64,000 nucleotides of DNA from Akkermansiaceae bacterium (GTDB lineage Bacteria > Verrucomicrobiota > Verrucomicrobiia > Verrucomicrobiales > Akkermansiaceae): NCBI GenBank assembly GCA_051251915.1, contig JBPOGF010000006.1, positions 96,001 through 160,000 on the forward strand. The letters run 5' to 3'. The position numbers were made by a program, and so were the translations under genes. This document shows, one piece after another, positions 9,694-18,950 of this stretch (position 1 is the stretch's first letter; each line of letters starts with the position of its first letter). The notes below the pieces were generated by a model. That model was given only the letters and a program-made list of their open reading frames with translations. It searched no databases and was not told the DNA's origin.

Positions 9694-10785
9694 TTATAGG
9701 TCGTCGTCGTCGACGTCGGCTAGGGATGAGGATTTTTGGTATTCTGTGACGGTGCCTTCGAAGAAGTTTTGTTCTTTCTTGATGTCCATCATTTCTGCGA
9801 GCCATGGGAATGGGTTTTTGATTTTTTCTGAGTTGAGTGGTGCTAGGCCGCAGGACTCTAGGCGGCGGTCTGCGATGTAGTCGATGTAGAGCTCGAATTC
9901 CTCTGCATTTAGGCCGACTGAGGCTACTGGGAGGCAGTCACGGATGAATTTCTTCTCTAGGCGGATGCCTTCTGCCATGGTGGCGCGGAGGTCCTCGCGG
10001 AACTCGTCTGTCCAGATGTCTGGGTTTTCTTCGATGAGGTCCATGAGGAGGGCGCGGAAGACTTCGATGTGGTTGGATTCGTCCCGGAGTGTGTAGGAGA
10101 ACATTTGGCCGATTCCTGGGAATTTGTTCTGGCGGTAGAGGGAGAGGATCATGCCGAATAGGCCGTAGAACTGGGTGCCTTCCATGACTTGGCCGAAGAG
10201 GAAGATGTTCTTGGCTAGGTCTTGCTTGGTGGATGTCTGGGTGAGGTCCATGTCACGGCGCATGGCGCGTGAGTTGTTGACGACGAATGCATTTTTCTCG
10301 GAAATGGTAGGGATGTCTTCGAACATGGCTTCACATTCGTGTGGGTTTAGGCCGAGTGAGGAGATCATGTAGACGAGTGAGTCTGCGTGGATGTTTTCTT
10401 CGTGTGCGTGGCGGCCGAGGACGAGCTTGAGTTCTGGTGCTGTGACGACTTCGCGGACTACGTGCTGGACGTTGTCTCCGACGATGCCTTCGGCTGCTGA
10501 GAAGTATCCGATGCCCATTTTGATAATCCAACGTTCTACATCTGAGATGGCGTCTGAGCGCCATTGTTGGACGTCGGTCTGCATTGGGATGTCTTCTGGT
10601 TCCCAATGGTTAGCCTTCATGGTCTTGTAGAGGTCGTATGCCCAGTTGTATTTGATGGGGAGGATGTTGAAGAACATGGTGTCTTTTCCATTGATTACTT
10701 TCTTGGAGGCGAATGCGGCTTCTGCTTTTGCGGCATCGAGTTCAAATGTGCGGTCTCCTAGCGTTACTGTAGTTGTTTTAGACAT
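9694..10785 (-). CDS. nrdB: Ribonucleotide reductase beta subunit, class Ic (R2c, Mn/Fe)-like
   Basis: Ligands E99, E130-x-x-H133, E202, E236-x-x-H239; Leu137 at the radical Tyr position; C-terminal NFFEGTVTEYQ. Confidence 0.95.
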   Translation of the reverse strand: MSKTTTVTLGDRTFELDAAKAEAAFASKKVINGKDTMFFNILPIKYNWAYDLYKTMKANHWEPEDIPMQTDVQQWRSDAISDVERWIIKMGIGYFSAAEGIVGDNVQHVVREVVTAPELKLVLGRHAHEENIHADSLVYMISSLGLNPHECEAMFEDIPTISEKNAFVVNNSRAMRRDMDLTQTSTKQDLAKNIFLFGQVMEGTQFYGLFGMILSLYRQNKFPGIGQMFSYTLRDESNHIEVFRALLMDLIEENPDIWTDEFREDLRATMAEGIRLEKKFIRDCLPVASVGLNAEEFELYIDYIADRRLESCGLAPLNSEKIKNPFPWLAEMMDIKKEQNFFEGTVTEYQKSSSLADVDDDDL

Positions 10786-10926
10786 GATTGGGGTGAGATA
10801 TAGTGTTGCAGGTGGTTGAATATTAGTTGGGACGGAAGGGGGGTGGTGTTGTTTTTTGGTGGGGAGGTCTGGTCGTTATTCTGTTTTTAGCAGTATGCAT
10901 TTTTCTATGGTATGGTCAATGGCTTT

Positions 10927-10974
10927 TCAAGCTATGTGGTATGCACAAATTATTAACAATACAACATGTGGTAT
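10927..10974. promoter_or_regulatory. Tandem NrdR boxes upstream of nrdB
   Basis: ATACAACATGTGGTAT (10959-10974) fits acaCwAtATaTwGtgt; weaker TCAAGCTATGTGGTAT (10927-10942) lies 32 bp away. Confidence 0.75.
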
Positions 10975-11245
10975 AGGTGGTGGGATGCAGAAAATGACAT
11001 TTTATACTTGTGAAATGGCTGATGCTTACAAAAAAGCTAAGTTGCGCTCATTTCCAACAGAAAATAACAGTTAGATTTTAGGGGTGGGTTGGGGTGCTCA
11101 TAAGGGATCTTTTTTTTGTGGGGAATGAGCCTGTATGAAATTTTAAAAATTTTCACTAAAAAGCTTAAAAATACGTCTGTTATTTACATAACTTATTCAT
11201 TAAGATGCTATATAACTTTTATTTTAGGAGCTGGTGGGGAAGTAG

Positions 11246-12139
11246 CTACTGGCCTTTAAAATGATCCCAGCCGCCGGTGAGTGTGTGGTGCTCTTGGTCG
11301 GTAAATCTGCCGATGTTGGTGAGTCTTAGGTCTTTGAATTGTTTGGCCCAGCGTGACTCTAACTCGTCTTTACTGTCTTGGGGTATGGAGAATAGTAGCT
11401 CGTAGTCTTCGCCATCTGTGAGTGCTTCTTCTGGGGTGCAGTCGTGATGGAGTGGGAGCTTGGATTTGAAGATCTCGAAGCCGCATTTGGATTTGGAGGC
11501 TAGGCGAGGGAGGTCTTTAGCGATGCCGTCTGAGATGTCCATCATGGCTGTGGGTTTGAAGTGGTTGGCGAGCCATTTGCCTTCGGAGACGCGAGGGGTG
11601 AAGTCGAGGTGTTTGCCGTGGATGGAGCCACCTAGGGTGCCGGTGACGTAGATGAGGTCGGTGGCATTTCCGCCGCTGCGGAGGGTGAGGTTGTGTGGTT
11701 CTACGGTGCCTGTTCCTGAGATGGAGATGATTTTAGGTGAGCCGAGGAGAGTGGAGGATGTCTCGCCGCCGACGATGGAGCAGCGGAACTTACGGGATAC
11801 GGCTTTGATGCCGTTGTAGAGTTTGACGACCCATTCTGTGGGGGTGTCTGGGGGGAGGATGATGGTGACCATGAGGGCTTCTGGCTGGCCACCCATGGCG
11901 GCGAAGTCACTGACTACGCGGGCGGCGGCTTTCCAGCCTACGCGTTCTGGGTCTTCTTGTGGGGTGAAGTGGATGAACTCGACGATGGTGTCGGTTTTTA
12001 GGAGGGTGTGTTGCTTGGTGTCTTTTTCAATGACGGCGCAGTCATCTCCAACTCCGGTTAGGATTTCTGGCATGTTGACCAGGTCCTTGGTGAGTTTGTG
12101 GATGAGGTCGTCCTCGCTAGTATGGCAGACTTGAGTCAT
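11246..12139 (-). CDS. thiL: Thiamine-monophosphate kinase (start moved to MTQVCH)
   Basis: GVGDDCAV, KTDTIVEFIHF, SDFAAMG, IVGGET, MMDISDG, DGEDYELLF, GGWDHF. Confidence 0.93.
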   Translation of the reverse strand: MTQVCHTSEDDLIHKLTKDLVNMPEILTGVGDDCAVIEKDTKQHTLLKTDTIVEFIHFTPQEDPERVGWKAAARVVSDFAAMGGQPEALMVTIILPPDTPTEWVVKLYNGIKAVSRKFRCSIVGGETSSTLLGSPKIISISGTGTVEPHNLTLRSGGNATDLIYVTGTLGGSIHGKHLDFTPRVSEGKWLANHFKPTAMMDISDGIAKDLPRLASKSKCGFEIFKSKLPLHHDCTPEEALTDGEDYELLFSIPQDSKDELESRWAKQFKDLRLTNIGRFTDQEHHTLTGGWDHFKGQ

Positions 12140-12974
12140 TGTGTAGAAAGATGAGGAAGAAGGTGGTGATGCCGTTGAAGAGGGCGTGAGTGAGGATGGA
12201 TGCCCAGAGGGAGCCTGAGATTTCATAGATGATGGCGAGGACGAATCCGACGATGAAGAGGGGGACTAGTGACCAGAGGCTGGTGTGGACGACGGCGAAA
12301 AATAGGGCGGATGTGGTGGCTGCGAAGAAGCGGCAGGAGAAGCGCTTGAGGGTGCCGTAGATGTAGCCGCGGAAGACGAATTCTTCACAGATGGGGGCGA
12401 CGATGATGGTGAGTATGGCGAGGTAGACGAGGAGTGTGGGGTTATTTTTCTTGGCCTCGATGATCATCTGGACGGGTGCCTGGAGTTCTTGTTTGCCGAG
12501 GTTGTTTTCTAACAGTGGGGTGATGATGGGGGAGAAGAGGGCGACTAGGAAGTAGATGCCGAAGAGTCCGGTGATGCTGGTGATGATGACGCGTTTTACT
12601 TGCGGGTGTCTTAGTCCGAAGACTTCGAACACGTTCATTCTGGGGACGAGGAATGCGCAAGCGATGCCTACTGGGAGGAGCTGGCTGATGAGTCCTGCTA
12701 TGAATTTCTGGAGGTTGGAGAGCTTGTTCATGGAGGCCTCCGCTTCTGGATTAGCGCCGAACTGGAGGACTGCGAAGGTGAAGAGGAGGCTGGCGAAGAA
12801 GATGCCGATGAGGTCTAATTTATCGAATGATGAGGTGCGGACATTTCCGTGATAGTTCCATGCTAGTTCTGGGTAGATCTGGCGGATGTAACTGTAGAGG
12901 GGGATGGCGATGCCTATGCTGAGGAAGCAGAGGGTGAGGATGTCTAGCAGGACGTTGGCGCTGAAGTTTTCCAT
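12117..12974 (-). CDS. CPBP (CAAX/Abi) family intramembrane glutamic endopeptidase
   Basis: APICEEFVFRG, FAVVH and HALFN motifs; multiple TM helices. Confidence 0.9.
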   Translation of the reverse strand: MENFSANVLLDILTLCFLSIGIAIPLYSYIRQIYPELAWNYHGNVRTSSFDKLDLIGIFFASLLFTFAVLQFGANPEAEASMNKLSNLQKFIAGLISQLLPVGIACAFLVPRMNVFEVFGLRHPQVKRVIITSITGLFGIYFLVALFSPIITPLLENNLGKQELQAPVQMIIEAKKNNPTLLVYLAILTIIVAPICEEFVFRGYIYGTLKRFSCRFFAATTSALFFAVVHTSLWSLVPLFIVGFVLAIIYEISGSLWASILTHALFNGITTFFLIFLHNDSSLPY

Positions 12975-12989
12975 GAAACTGGTTTGTTG

Positions 12990-14801
12990 TTAGACTTCTG
13001 CGACTTCCTTGGGTGGGTCGATCCATTTGTCGTTCTCTTTGATGAGCTCGATGAGTTTTTCTACGGCGTCAGCTTCTGGGATGTTGAATTTGACGGGGGT
13101 TTTGTTGATGTAGAGGTTGATTTTATTTGGAGCTCCTCCGACGTAGCCGAAGTCTGCGTCTGCCATTTCTCCTGGGCCGTTGACGATGCATCCCATGACG
13201 GCGATGCGGACGCCTTTGAGGTGGCCGGTGGCGGCGCGGATTTTCTGGGTGGTGTCTTGGAGGTTGAAGAGGGTGCGGCCGCATGATGGGCAGGCTACGT
13301 AGTCTGTCTTGAAGATACGGGTGCCGGCTGCTTGGAGGATGTTGTAGGCTAGGCGGAGAGATTGTCCGGGGGCGTGCTCGCCTTGGATGAGGATGGCGTC
13401 TCCGATGCCGTCACAGAGGAGTGAGCCGATGTTTCTGGCGGCTGTTAGGAGGGTTTCTTGGAAATCTTTTTCTGGGTTAGTGGATGGGGTGAAGGTGTCT
13501 TTTAGTAGGATGGGGTGGTAGGTGTCTAGTTTATTTGCGAGTAGGCGGAAGGCGTGGATGACTGCCATTTCTGTGCCGTCTGGGATGGTGACGAGAGTGG
13601 GTGTGGGGTTGGCGTTGATTTTGTTGATGGCTTCGCGGTCGAGTGGGTTTACTTCAATGACGCCGGATGTCTCGGTGACGATTTCTGGTTTGAAGTCTCC
13701 CATTTTCTCGATTTTGTGGGCTACGGCGTTCCATTTTTCTTGGGAGGTGAAGACGCGGACGGTGTTGGCGCCGCCGAGTTTGTGGCCGTTGATTTCTATG
13801 GGGTGGGATTTACGGCGGTTGTAGGTGAAGGGGTCGTAGCTGAGGGTGCCGCGCTGGAGGGTGTGGTCATCCCAGAGTTCGTGGGTACAGGCGCTTTTGT
13901 CTAGGTTGGTGATGATGGCCTGGGCGACTGGGATCTCACAGATGGCGTCTTCTGTTAGAGAGACGCGGATGGTGTCTCCGATGCCGTCTGAGAGGAGTGA
14001 GCCGATGCCGATGGCTGATTTGATGCGGCCGTCTTCACCGTCTCCGGCTTCTGTGACGCCGAGGTGGATGGGGTAGTTCCAGTCTGGGCCGAGGTCTGTG
14101 AGGCGCGCAACGAGTAGGCGGTATGCTTCTATCATGACCTTGGGGTTGCTGGCCTTCATGGAGAAGAGGAAGTTGTGGTAGTTATTTTCTCTGGCGATGC
14201 GGGCGAATTCTAGGGCGGACTCGACCATTCCTAGTGGTGTGTCGCCGTAGCGGTTCATGATGCGGTCTGAGAGTGATCCGTGGTTGGTGCCGATACGGAT
14301 GGCGCGATTTAGTTCTTTGCAGAGTGTGACGAGTGGGGTGAATTCTTCGCGTATTCTTTCTAGTTCTTCTGCGTATTGATCGTCAGTGTATTCGCGGGTT
14401 TCGAATTTCTTTTTGTCTGCGTAGTTGCCTGGGTTGACGCGGACTTTTTCTACCCATTTGGCGGCTTCTAGGGCGGCGTCTGGCTTGAAGTGGATGTCTG
14501 CGACTAGCGGGACGTTGCAGCCTGCGGCGCGGACGCCATCGCGGATATTTTCAAGGTTTTCAGCGTATTTGCGTGTCTGGGCGGTGACGCGGACGATTTC
14601 GCATCCGGCTTCTGCGAGTTGGATGATTTCAGCGACGCATGCTTCTGTGTCTCTTGTGTCTGAGGTGATCATGGACTGGACACGGATGGGGTTAGTCCCG
14701 CCTATGCCGATGTTTCCGACCATAACTTCACGAGATATTCTGCGCTGGTAGGCGAAGAGATCTGGACAATAAGAAAGTGCTGTGTGTGCTGAGTCTGTCA
14801 T
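12990..14801 (-). CDS. ispG: (E)-4-hydroxy-3-methylbut-2-enyl-diphosphate synthase, long form (start moved to MTDSAH)
   Basis: PIRVQSM, PLVADIHF, RVNPGN, IRIGTNHGSLS, HLGVTEAG, ACPSCGR, VMGCIVNGPGE. Confidence 0.97.
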   Translation of the reverse strand: MTDSAHTALSYCPDLFAYQRRISREVMVGNIGIGGTNPIRVQSMITSDTRDTEACVAEIIQLAEAGCEIVRVTAQTRKYAENLENIRDGVRAAGCNVPLVADIHFKPDAALEAAKWVEKVRVNPGNYADKKKFETREYTDDQYAEELERIREEFTPLVTLCKELNRAIRIGTNHGSLSDRIMNRYGDTPLGMVESALEFARIARENNYHNFLFSMKASNPKVMIEAYRLLVARLTDLGPDWNYPIHLGVTEAGDGEDGRIKSAIGIGSLLSDGIGDTIRVSLTEDAICEIPVAQAIITNLDKSACTHELWDDHTLQRGTLSYDPFTYNRRKSHPIEINGHKLGGANTVRVFTSQEKWNAVAHKIEKMGDFKPEIVTETSGVIEVNPLDREAINKINANPTPTLVTIPDGTEMAVIHAFRLLANKLDTYHPILLKDTFTPSTNPEKDFQETLLTAARNIGSLLCDGIGDAILIQGEHAPGQSLRLAYNILQAAGTRIFKTDYVACPSCGRTLFNLQDTTQKIRAATGHLKGVRIAVMGCIVNGPGEMADADFGYVGGAPNKINLYINKTPVKFNIPEADAVEKLIELIKENDKWIDPPKEVAEV

Positions 14802-14869
14802 TGTGAAATGATGTATAGCGTAGATTCGGCTAGACGTAAACAGAGGAACGTCTAATTTGGTGATAATAT

Positions 14870-15532
14870 ATGGAAGGGATGACACAGGCATTGATCACAG
14901 GAGGGGAGGGGGCGCTGGCGCAGGCTGTGGCTGGGTCTCTGGAGGAGGCAGGGATGGTGGTGGAGGCGCCGGGGCGTGGGGAGCTGGATGTGTGTGATGA
15001 GGTGATTGTGGGGGAGTATTTTTCTGGGTTGGGAGAGTTGGATTTGTTGGTTTGTAATGCGGGGGGGACGTATGATGAGCTTTTGCTGAAGATGGATGAG
15101 GGGTGTTGGGATGGGGTGATGGATGTGAATCTGAGGGGGGCGTTTTTGTGTGCTAAGGCGGCGGGGAAGTTGATGATGAAGCAGCGAGGGAGGGGAGGGC
15201 ATATTGTTTTTGTTTCTAGTTATTCTGCGTTTCATCCGCCGGTGGGGCAGGCGAATTATGGGGCGGCGAAGGCGGCTTTGAAGGGGTTGGCTTTGTCGTT
15301 AGCTAAGGAGTTGGGGGGGAGGAATATCCGGGTGAATGTGGTGGTGCCTGGGTTTATGGAGACGAGGATGACGGAGGGGGTTTCTGGGGCGAGGCGAGAG
15401 GCGGTGATGGGGGATCATGCGCTGGGGGAGTTTAATACGGTGGAGGCTACGGGTAAGTTTTTACGGTGTTTGCATTTTGATATGCCGTTTACTTCAGGGC
15501 AGGTTTTTAATCTGGATAGTAGGGTGATTTAG
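14870..15532 (+). CDS. Short-chain dehydrogenase/reductase (FabG-like)
   Basis: ALITGGEGALA, CNAG, NYGAAK (YxxxK), PGFMETRMT. Confidence 0.9.
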   Translation: MEGMTQALITGGEGALAQAVAGSLEEAGMVVEAPGRGELDVCDEVIVGEYFSGLGELDLLVCNAGGTYDELLLKMDEGCWDGVMDVNLRGAFLCAKAAGKLMMKQRGRGGHIVFVSSYSAFHPPVGQANYGAAKAALKGLALSLAKELGGRNIRVNVVVPGFMETRMTEGVSGARREAVMGDHALGEFNTVEATGKFLRCLHFDMPFTSGQVFNLDSRVI

Positions 15533-15567
15533 GTCAATGAACAATGGATAATGGGCAATAGTCAATG
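15533..15567 (+). repeat. Degenerate heptamer run (5 x 7 bp)
   Basis: gtcaatg aacaatg gataatg ggcaata gtcaatg immediately after the SDR stop codon. Confidence 0.75.
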
Positions 15568-15641
15568 GGGGCTATGCATGATTAAACCTAGCACTATGAA
15601 ACGGTGTATTTTTACTTGTTTGATGGTCTAGGGGTAAGTTT

Positions 15642-17105
15642 TTATTTTTGGTTCCAGCGGGTTAGGATGGAGTCCATGATTTTTTCGGCGTGTTGTGGGG
15701 TGAGGTGGTGGCCGGTGCCCTCGAGGTAGGTGAAGGTGGCGTCGCTGCCTAGGGTTTGACATTTTTTTTCTAGGAGACGGATGGCGTGGTCTAGGTGGAA
15801 TAGGTCGCGTTGGTGGACGGCGAAGTGCATTTTTCCTTTGAGTTTGGGGGCTAGTTGTTGCCAGTTGTTAGATAGGATTTGGGAGATGTTGAAGGGGTGC
15901 CAGGAGTTGGTGACTGTGATGTCGATGTTACCGGTTGTGATGTCGTACCATTGGTCTGGAGTTCCGTTTGGGTTTATTTTTGGTGAGAAGACGGCGGCGA
16001 AGGATTGGAGTTGGCCGCCTGGGCCGAGTGCGTGTTCGTAGGTGGCCATGTCTTGGTAGGTCCAGCCGATTTCTGGGATGCTTAGGCAGCGGGGGATTTC
16101 TTTTTGTGGTTGTTCGTCGTTGGTTGGGTCGGTGGTGGTGAAGAGGTTGTCTGGGTGGTTGTCGGTGAGGTTGAGTTGTTGGAACATTTCGAAGTCGACT
16201 GGGTCTGGGGCGACTGGCCAGGCTTGGGCGTAGGCTTCTGGGTAGTTGACGATGGCCCAGGCGGCGGTCCAGCCTCCGGATGAGACACCGGTGATGTAGC
16301 GGTGGGCGGGGCCTGCGCCGCTGTAGGTTTTGTCGATGTGGGGGAGGAGTTCGTGTGTGAGGGCGTCTCCCCATGGTCCATTGACTGCGGAGTTTGCAAA
16401 GACGGAGTGTCCCCAGCGGCAGTTGGCGTCTGGGATGACGATGATGGCTTGTTTGCCTTTGTCGCCGAACATGCGTTGGATGCGTTTGGTGGATTTGTGA
16501 TGAACTGCGCTGAAGCCGGTGACGTAGACGAGGACTGGGTATTTCTTGGTGGGGGTCCAGTCTGTGGGGAGGATGACGGAGTAGCGGAGGAGGAAGTCGC
16601 GGTGGTGGAATTTGGTGAGGAGGTGGCTTTTGAAGTAGTGGTCTTGTATGGGGCCTTGGTTTCTAAATTCTGGAGCAGGGATGGAGGTGTCTGCGGTGAA
16701 GGTAAGGTTTTGTTGTTGGTCTTTTACGAAGTCGATTTGTTGGGTTTGGCTGTAGAGGTCGCCTTGAGCGGCTCCGGGGAGGAACCAGTCTGGGTTGATT
16801 CTGACGATGGCTTGGACTTTGTAGTTTCCTTCGATGTTTTGGTGGGGGGTGGTGGAGATGGAGTTCTCGTCGATGGTGACTTTTCCGTCGCGGTCGTGGT
16901 CATCTATGGCGAAGAGGATGGGGAGGTTAGCCCAGTCACCCATGCGGGTGCGGGGTGAGCGGAAGCCTTGGCTGATGGCGATGTAGACGCGTGGGGTGTA
17001 GATGGGTTTTTCAGCGGGGATGGGGTAACTGACTTCGAAGGTGTGGGCGGTAAGTAGAGGCGCGGTGAGGGTGAGGAGGATGAGTGATAGAGATTTTAGC
17101 AGCAT
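15642..17105 (-). CDS. Secreted alpha/beta-hydrolase (putative esterase family)
   Basis: Signal peptide; YPVLVY, NGPWGDALTHELLPHID, GVSSGG nucleophile elbow, APDPVDF. Confidence 0.8.
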   Translation of the reverse strand: MLLKSLSLILLTLTAPLLTAHTFEVSYPIPAEKPIYTPRVYIAISQGFRSPRTRMGDWANLPILFAIDDHDRDGKVTIDENSISTTPHQNIEGNYKVQAIVRINPDWFLPGAAQGDLYSQTQQIDFVKDQQQNLTFTADTSIPAPEFRNQGPIQDHYFKSHLLTKFHHRDFLLRYSVILPTDWTPTKKYPVLVYVTGFSAVHHKSTKRIQRMFGDKGKQAIIVIPDANCRWGHSVFANSAVNGPWGDALTHELLPHIDKTYSGAGPAHRYITGVSSGGWTAAWAIVNYPEAYAQAWPVAPDPVDFEMFQQLNLTDNHPDNLFTTTDPTNDEQPQKEIPRCLSIPEIGWTYQDMATYEHALGPGGQLQSFAAVFSPKINPNGTPDQWYDITTGNIDITVTNSWHPFNISQILSNNWQQLAPKLKGKMHFAVHQRDLFHLDHAIRLLEKKCQTLGSDATFTYLEGTGHHLTPQHAEKIMDSILTRWNQK

Positions 17106-17168
17106 GATGTGTGCTACTTTTAGCAGGTGGGTGGAGGTTTGGAAACTGAGAAGTGGTGAGTGGATGGG

Positions 17169-17678
17169 TTAGCCGGTGGGGTATTGGGCGCAGTAGGCGT
17201 GGATGCAGATGGAGGTGGCTGTGGCGACGTTGTAGGAGTATGGGAGTCCCCAGACGGAGATTTCTACTACTGCGTCTAAGAGGTCTAGGGTGTCTTGGTT
17301 GAGGCCTTCTCGTTCTGAGCCGATGACTAGGGCGGTTTTGTGGGGGAATTTGAAGTCTGCGAGTGGGGTGGAATTGGTGGTTTGTTCTAGGCCTACGAGT
17401 TTGTAGCCATCTAGTTTGAGTTTTTTGAGGATGGGTAGGAGTGAGCGGTAGGCGCTGAGGGTGACGTTTTCTGCTCCGTCGCGGGCTATTTTGGGGTTCA
17501 CTTTTGCATTACCGGTGGCTATAACTTGGGTGATGCCGCAGCAGCCAGCGGTGCGGATGATGGTGGAGAGATTTGCGTGAGTGCGCAGGGGGGAGCAGGC
17601 GATGATGAGAGGTCTGACGGTGGTGAGCTCTGCTGGTGGCTTGTGGCGGATGTGCTCAAATTTAGGTGGCTCACTCAT
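17169..17678 (-). CDS. SpoU/TrmH family RNA methyltransferase
   Basis: NLSTIIRTA, ALVIGSEREGL, SYNVATA SPOUT motifs. Confidence 0.9.
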   Translation of the reverse strand: MSEPPKFEHIRHKPPAELTTVRPLIIACSPLRTHANLSTIIRTAGCCGITQVIATGNAKVNPKIARDGAENVTLSAYRSLLPILKKLKLDGYKLVGLEQTTNSTPLADFKFPHKTALVIGSEREGLNQDTLDLLDAVVEISVWGLPYSYNVATATSICIHAYCAQYPTG

Positions 17679-17875
17679 GGGACGGCACCTCTAACGGAGA
17701 GCGTAGAGAGCCGTTGTGTTTAATTTTCATTGAAGCACTGTGAAGCCTGAGGGAGGAGAAGCAAGGAGGGAATTTTTTTTGATGTTTTTGGTGTTCTTCG
17801 TGTAGGTGATTTTCTGGTTTGGCTGTGCTTGTAACAAGCTTGATGTTTTGTGTTCTTAGTATATTGTTGTTGGTG

Positions 17876-18910
17876 ATGAGTTTCTTTAAAACATTTATTA
17901 TGTTGGTGTTTTGTTTGCCTTGTGTGGCGGAGCAAAATGAAGTGGTGGTAGTGAATCCGGAGTTGTTTATGAAGGAGGCATTGGTGGAGCCGATCAAGGT
18001 GGAGCAGAAGTTACTGACTGATGGCTCAACTGTGGATTGCTATGTGATCAAGACGAAGTCTGTTCCTTTGGAGCATGAGATGGGGCCATGGGGTCCGAAG
18101 ACGATTACGGACGGGAAAGATAAAGGGGGGATTTGGTTTGAGGGAGGTAAGGTTTATGATGTGGATGGGCCATTTGTGAAGAATATGGCTACGTTTTATA
18201 AGGATCCGAAGTGGAAGCTGTATAATGATGATGGGACGGTTAAGATCACGGAGACGAAGGAGGCTTTTATGGCGGCGGCTAGGCCGAATGTGGATCCTAA
18301 ATATAAGAATCACGTGGTTGAGGGGCAAGCTGAGTGGGTGGAGGATCTTGTGAGCACTTATTATATACCGGTGAAGCCTAGGCTGAGTGAGAAGCCGCAG
18401 TCACTGGGGCATGGGCCGATAGGGGTGGCATTTAATGGGGTGAATTATGATCCGCCGGCGCCGACTCATATGATTTTGAAGGCTTATACTTTGGCGCCTT
18501 TGGATGATAGTGGTGGGCATTTGAATCCTTTTGCGGGGTATCATTACCATGCGGTGACTGGTAAGACGGAGGAGGTGAAGCAGGCTGATGGACATCCGGC
18601 GCAGATTGGCTATATGGTGGATGGTTTTGCGTTATTTGCGCATGATAAGGATGCGAAGGATCTGGATGAGTGTGGAGGTCACACTGATGCGGTGCGCGGG
18701 TATCATTATCACGCGGGAGAGGCAGGGTCTAATGAGATTATTAAGGCTTATCGTGGTGCAATTGTTAAGAGTGCGGTAGGCGGAAGGGGAGGGCCTCCTG
18801 GTGGAGGTGGGCGGGGTGAAAAAGGTTCGCGTCCTGATGGTCCGCCACCACATGATCATGGTGATCATACACACCCACATACACACCCAGAGCCTCAGGT
18901 GGAGGAGTAG
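17876..18910 (+). CDS. YHYH-domain protein, exported, with Gly/Pro/His-rich tail (start moved to MSFFK)
   Basis: PIGVAFNGV, GYHYHA twice, DLDECGGH; tail PPPHDHGDHTHPHTHP. Confidence 0.85.
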   Translation: MSFFKTFIMLVFCLPCVAEQNEVVVVNPELFMKEALVEPIKVEQKLLTDGSTVDCYVIKTKSVPLEHEMGPWGPKTITDGKDKGGIWFEGGKVYDVDGPFVKNMATFYKDPKWKLYNDDGTVKITETKEAFMAAARPNVDPKYKNHVVEGQAEWVEDLVSTYYIPVKPRLSEKPQSLGHGPIGVAFNGVNYDPPAPTHMILKAYTLAPLDDSGGHLNPFAGYHYHAVTGKTEEVKQADGHPAQIGYMVDGFALFAHDKDAKDLDECGGHTDAVRGYHYHAGEAGSNEIIKAYRGAIVKSAVGGRGGPPGGGGRGEKGSRPDGPPPHDHGDHTHPHTHPEPQVEE

Positions 18911-18930
18911 ATGTGTTGTAGGTTTATTTA

Positions 18931-18950
18931 CTAACTAACTAACTAACTAA
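18931..18950. repeat. (CTAA)5 microsatellite
   Basis: ctaactaactaactaactaa between convergent genes. Confidence 0.85.

Noticed and set aside
6300..10785. Intein or intron in nrdA/nrdB
   Set aside because: Frames are continuous, the extra length is explained by ATP-cones, and no splicing motifs are seen
10856..11245. 72-aa ORF and AT-rich tract upstream of nrdB
   Set aside because: Overlaps the NrdR boxes and promoter region; the peptide is not protein-like
17725..17810. Possible degenerate forward and reverse CCACG-type units
   Set aside because: The resemblance (e.g. ctacacgaagaacaccaaaaacatcaa on the minus strand) is too weak to call by eye
18931..18950. (CTAA)5 as a phase-variation switch
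   Set aside because: It lies at the 3' ends of convergent genes, so length change would not alter a frame or promoter
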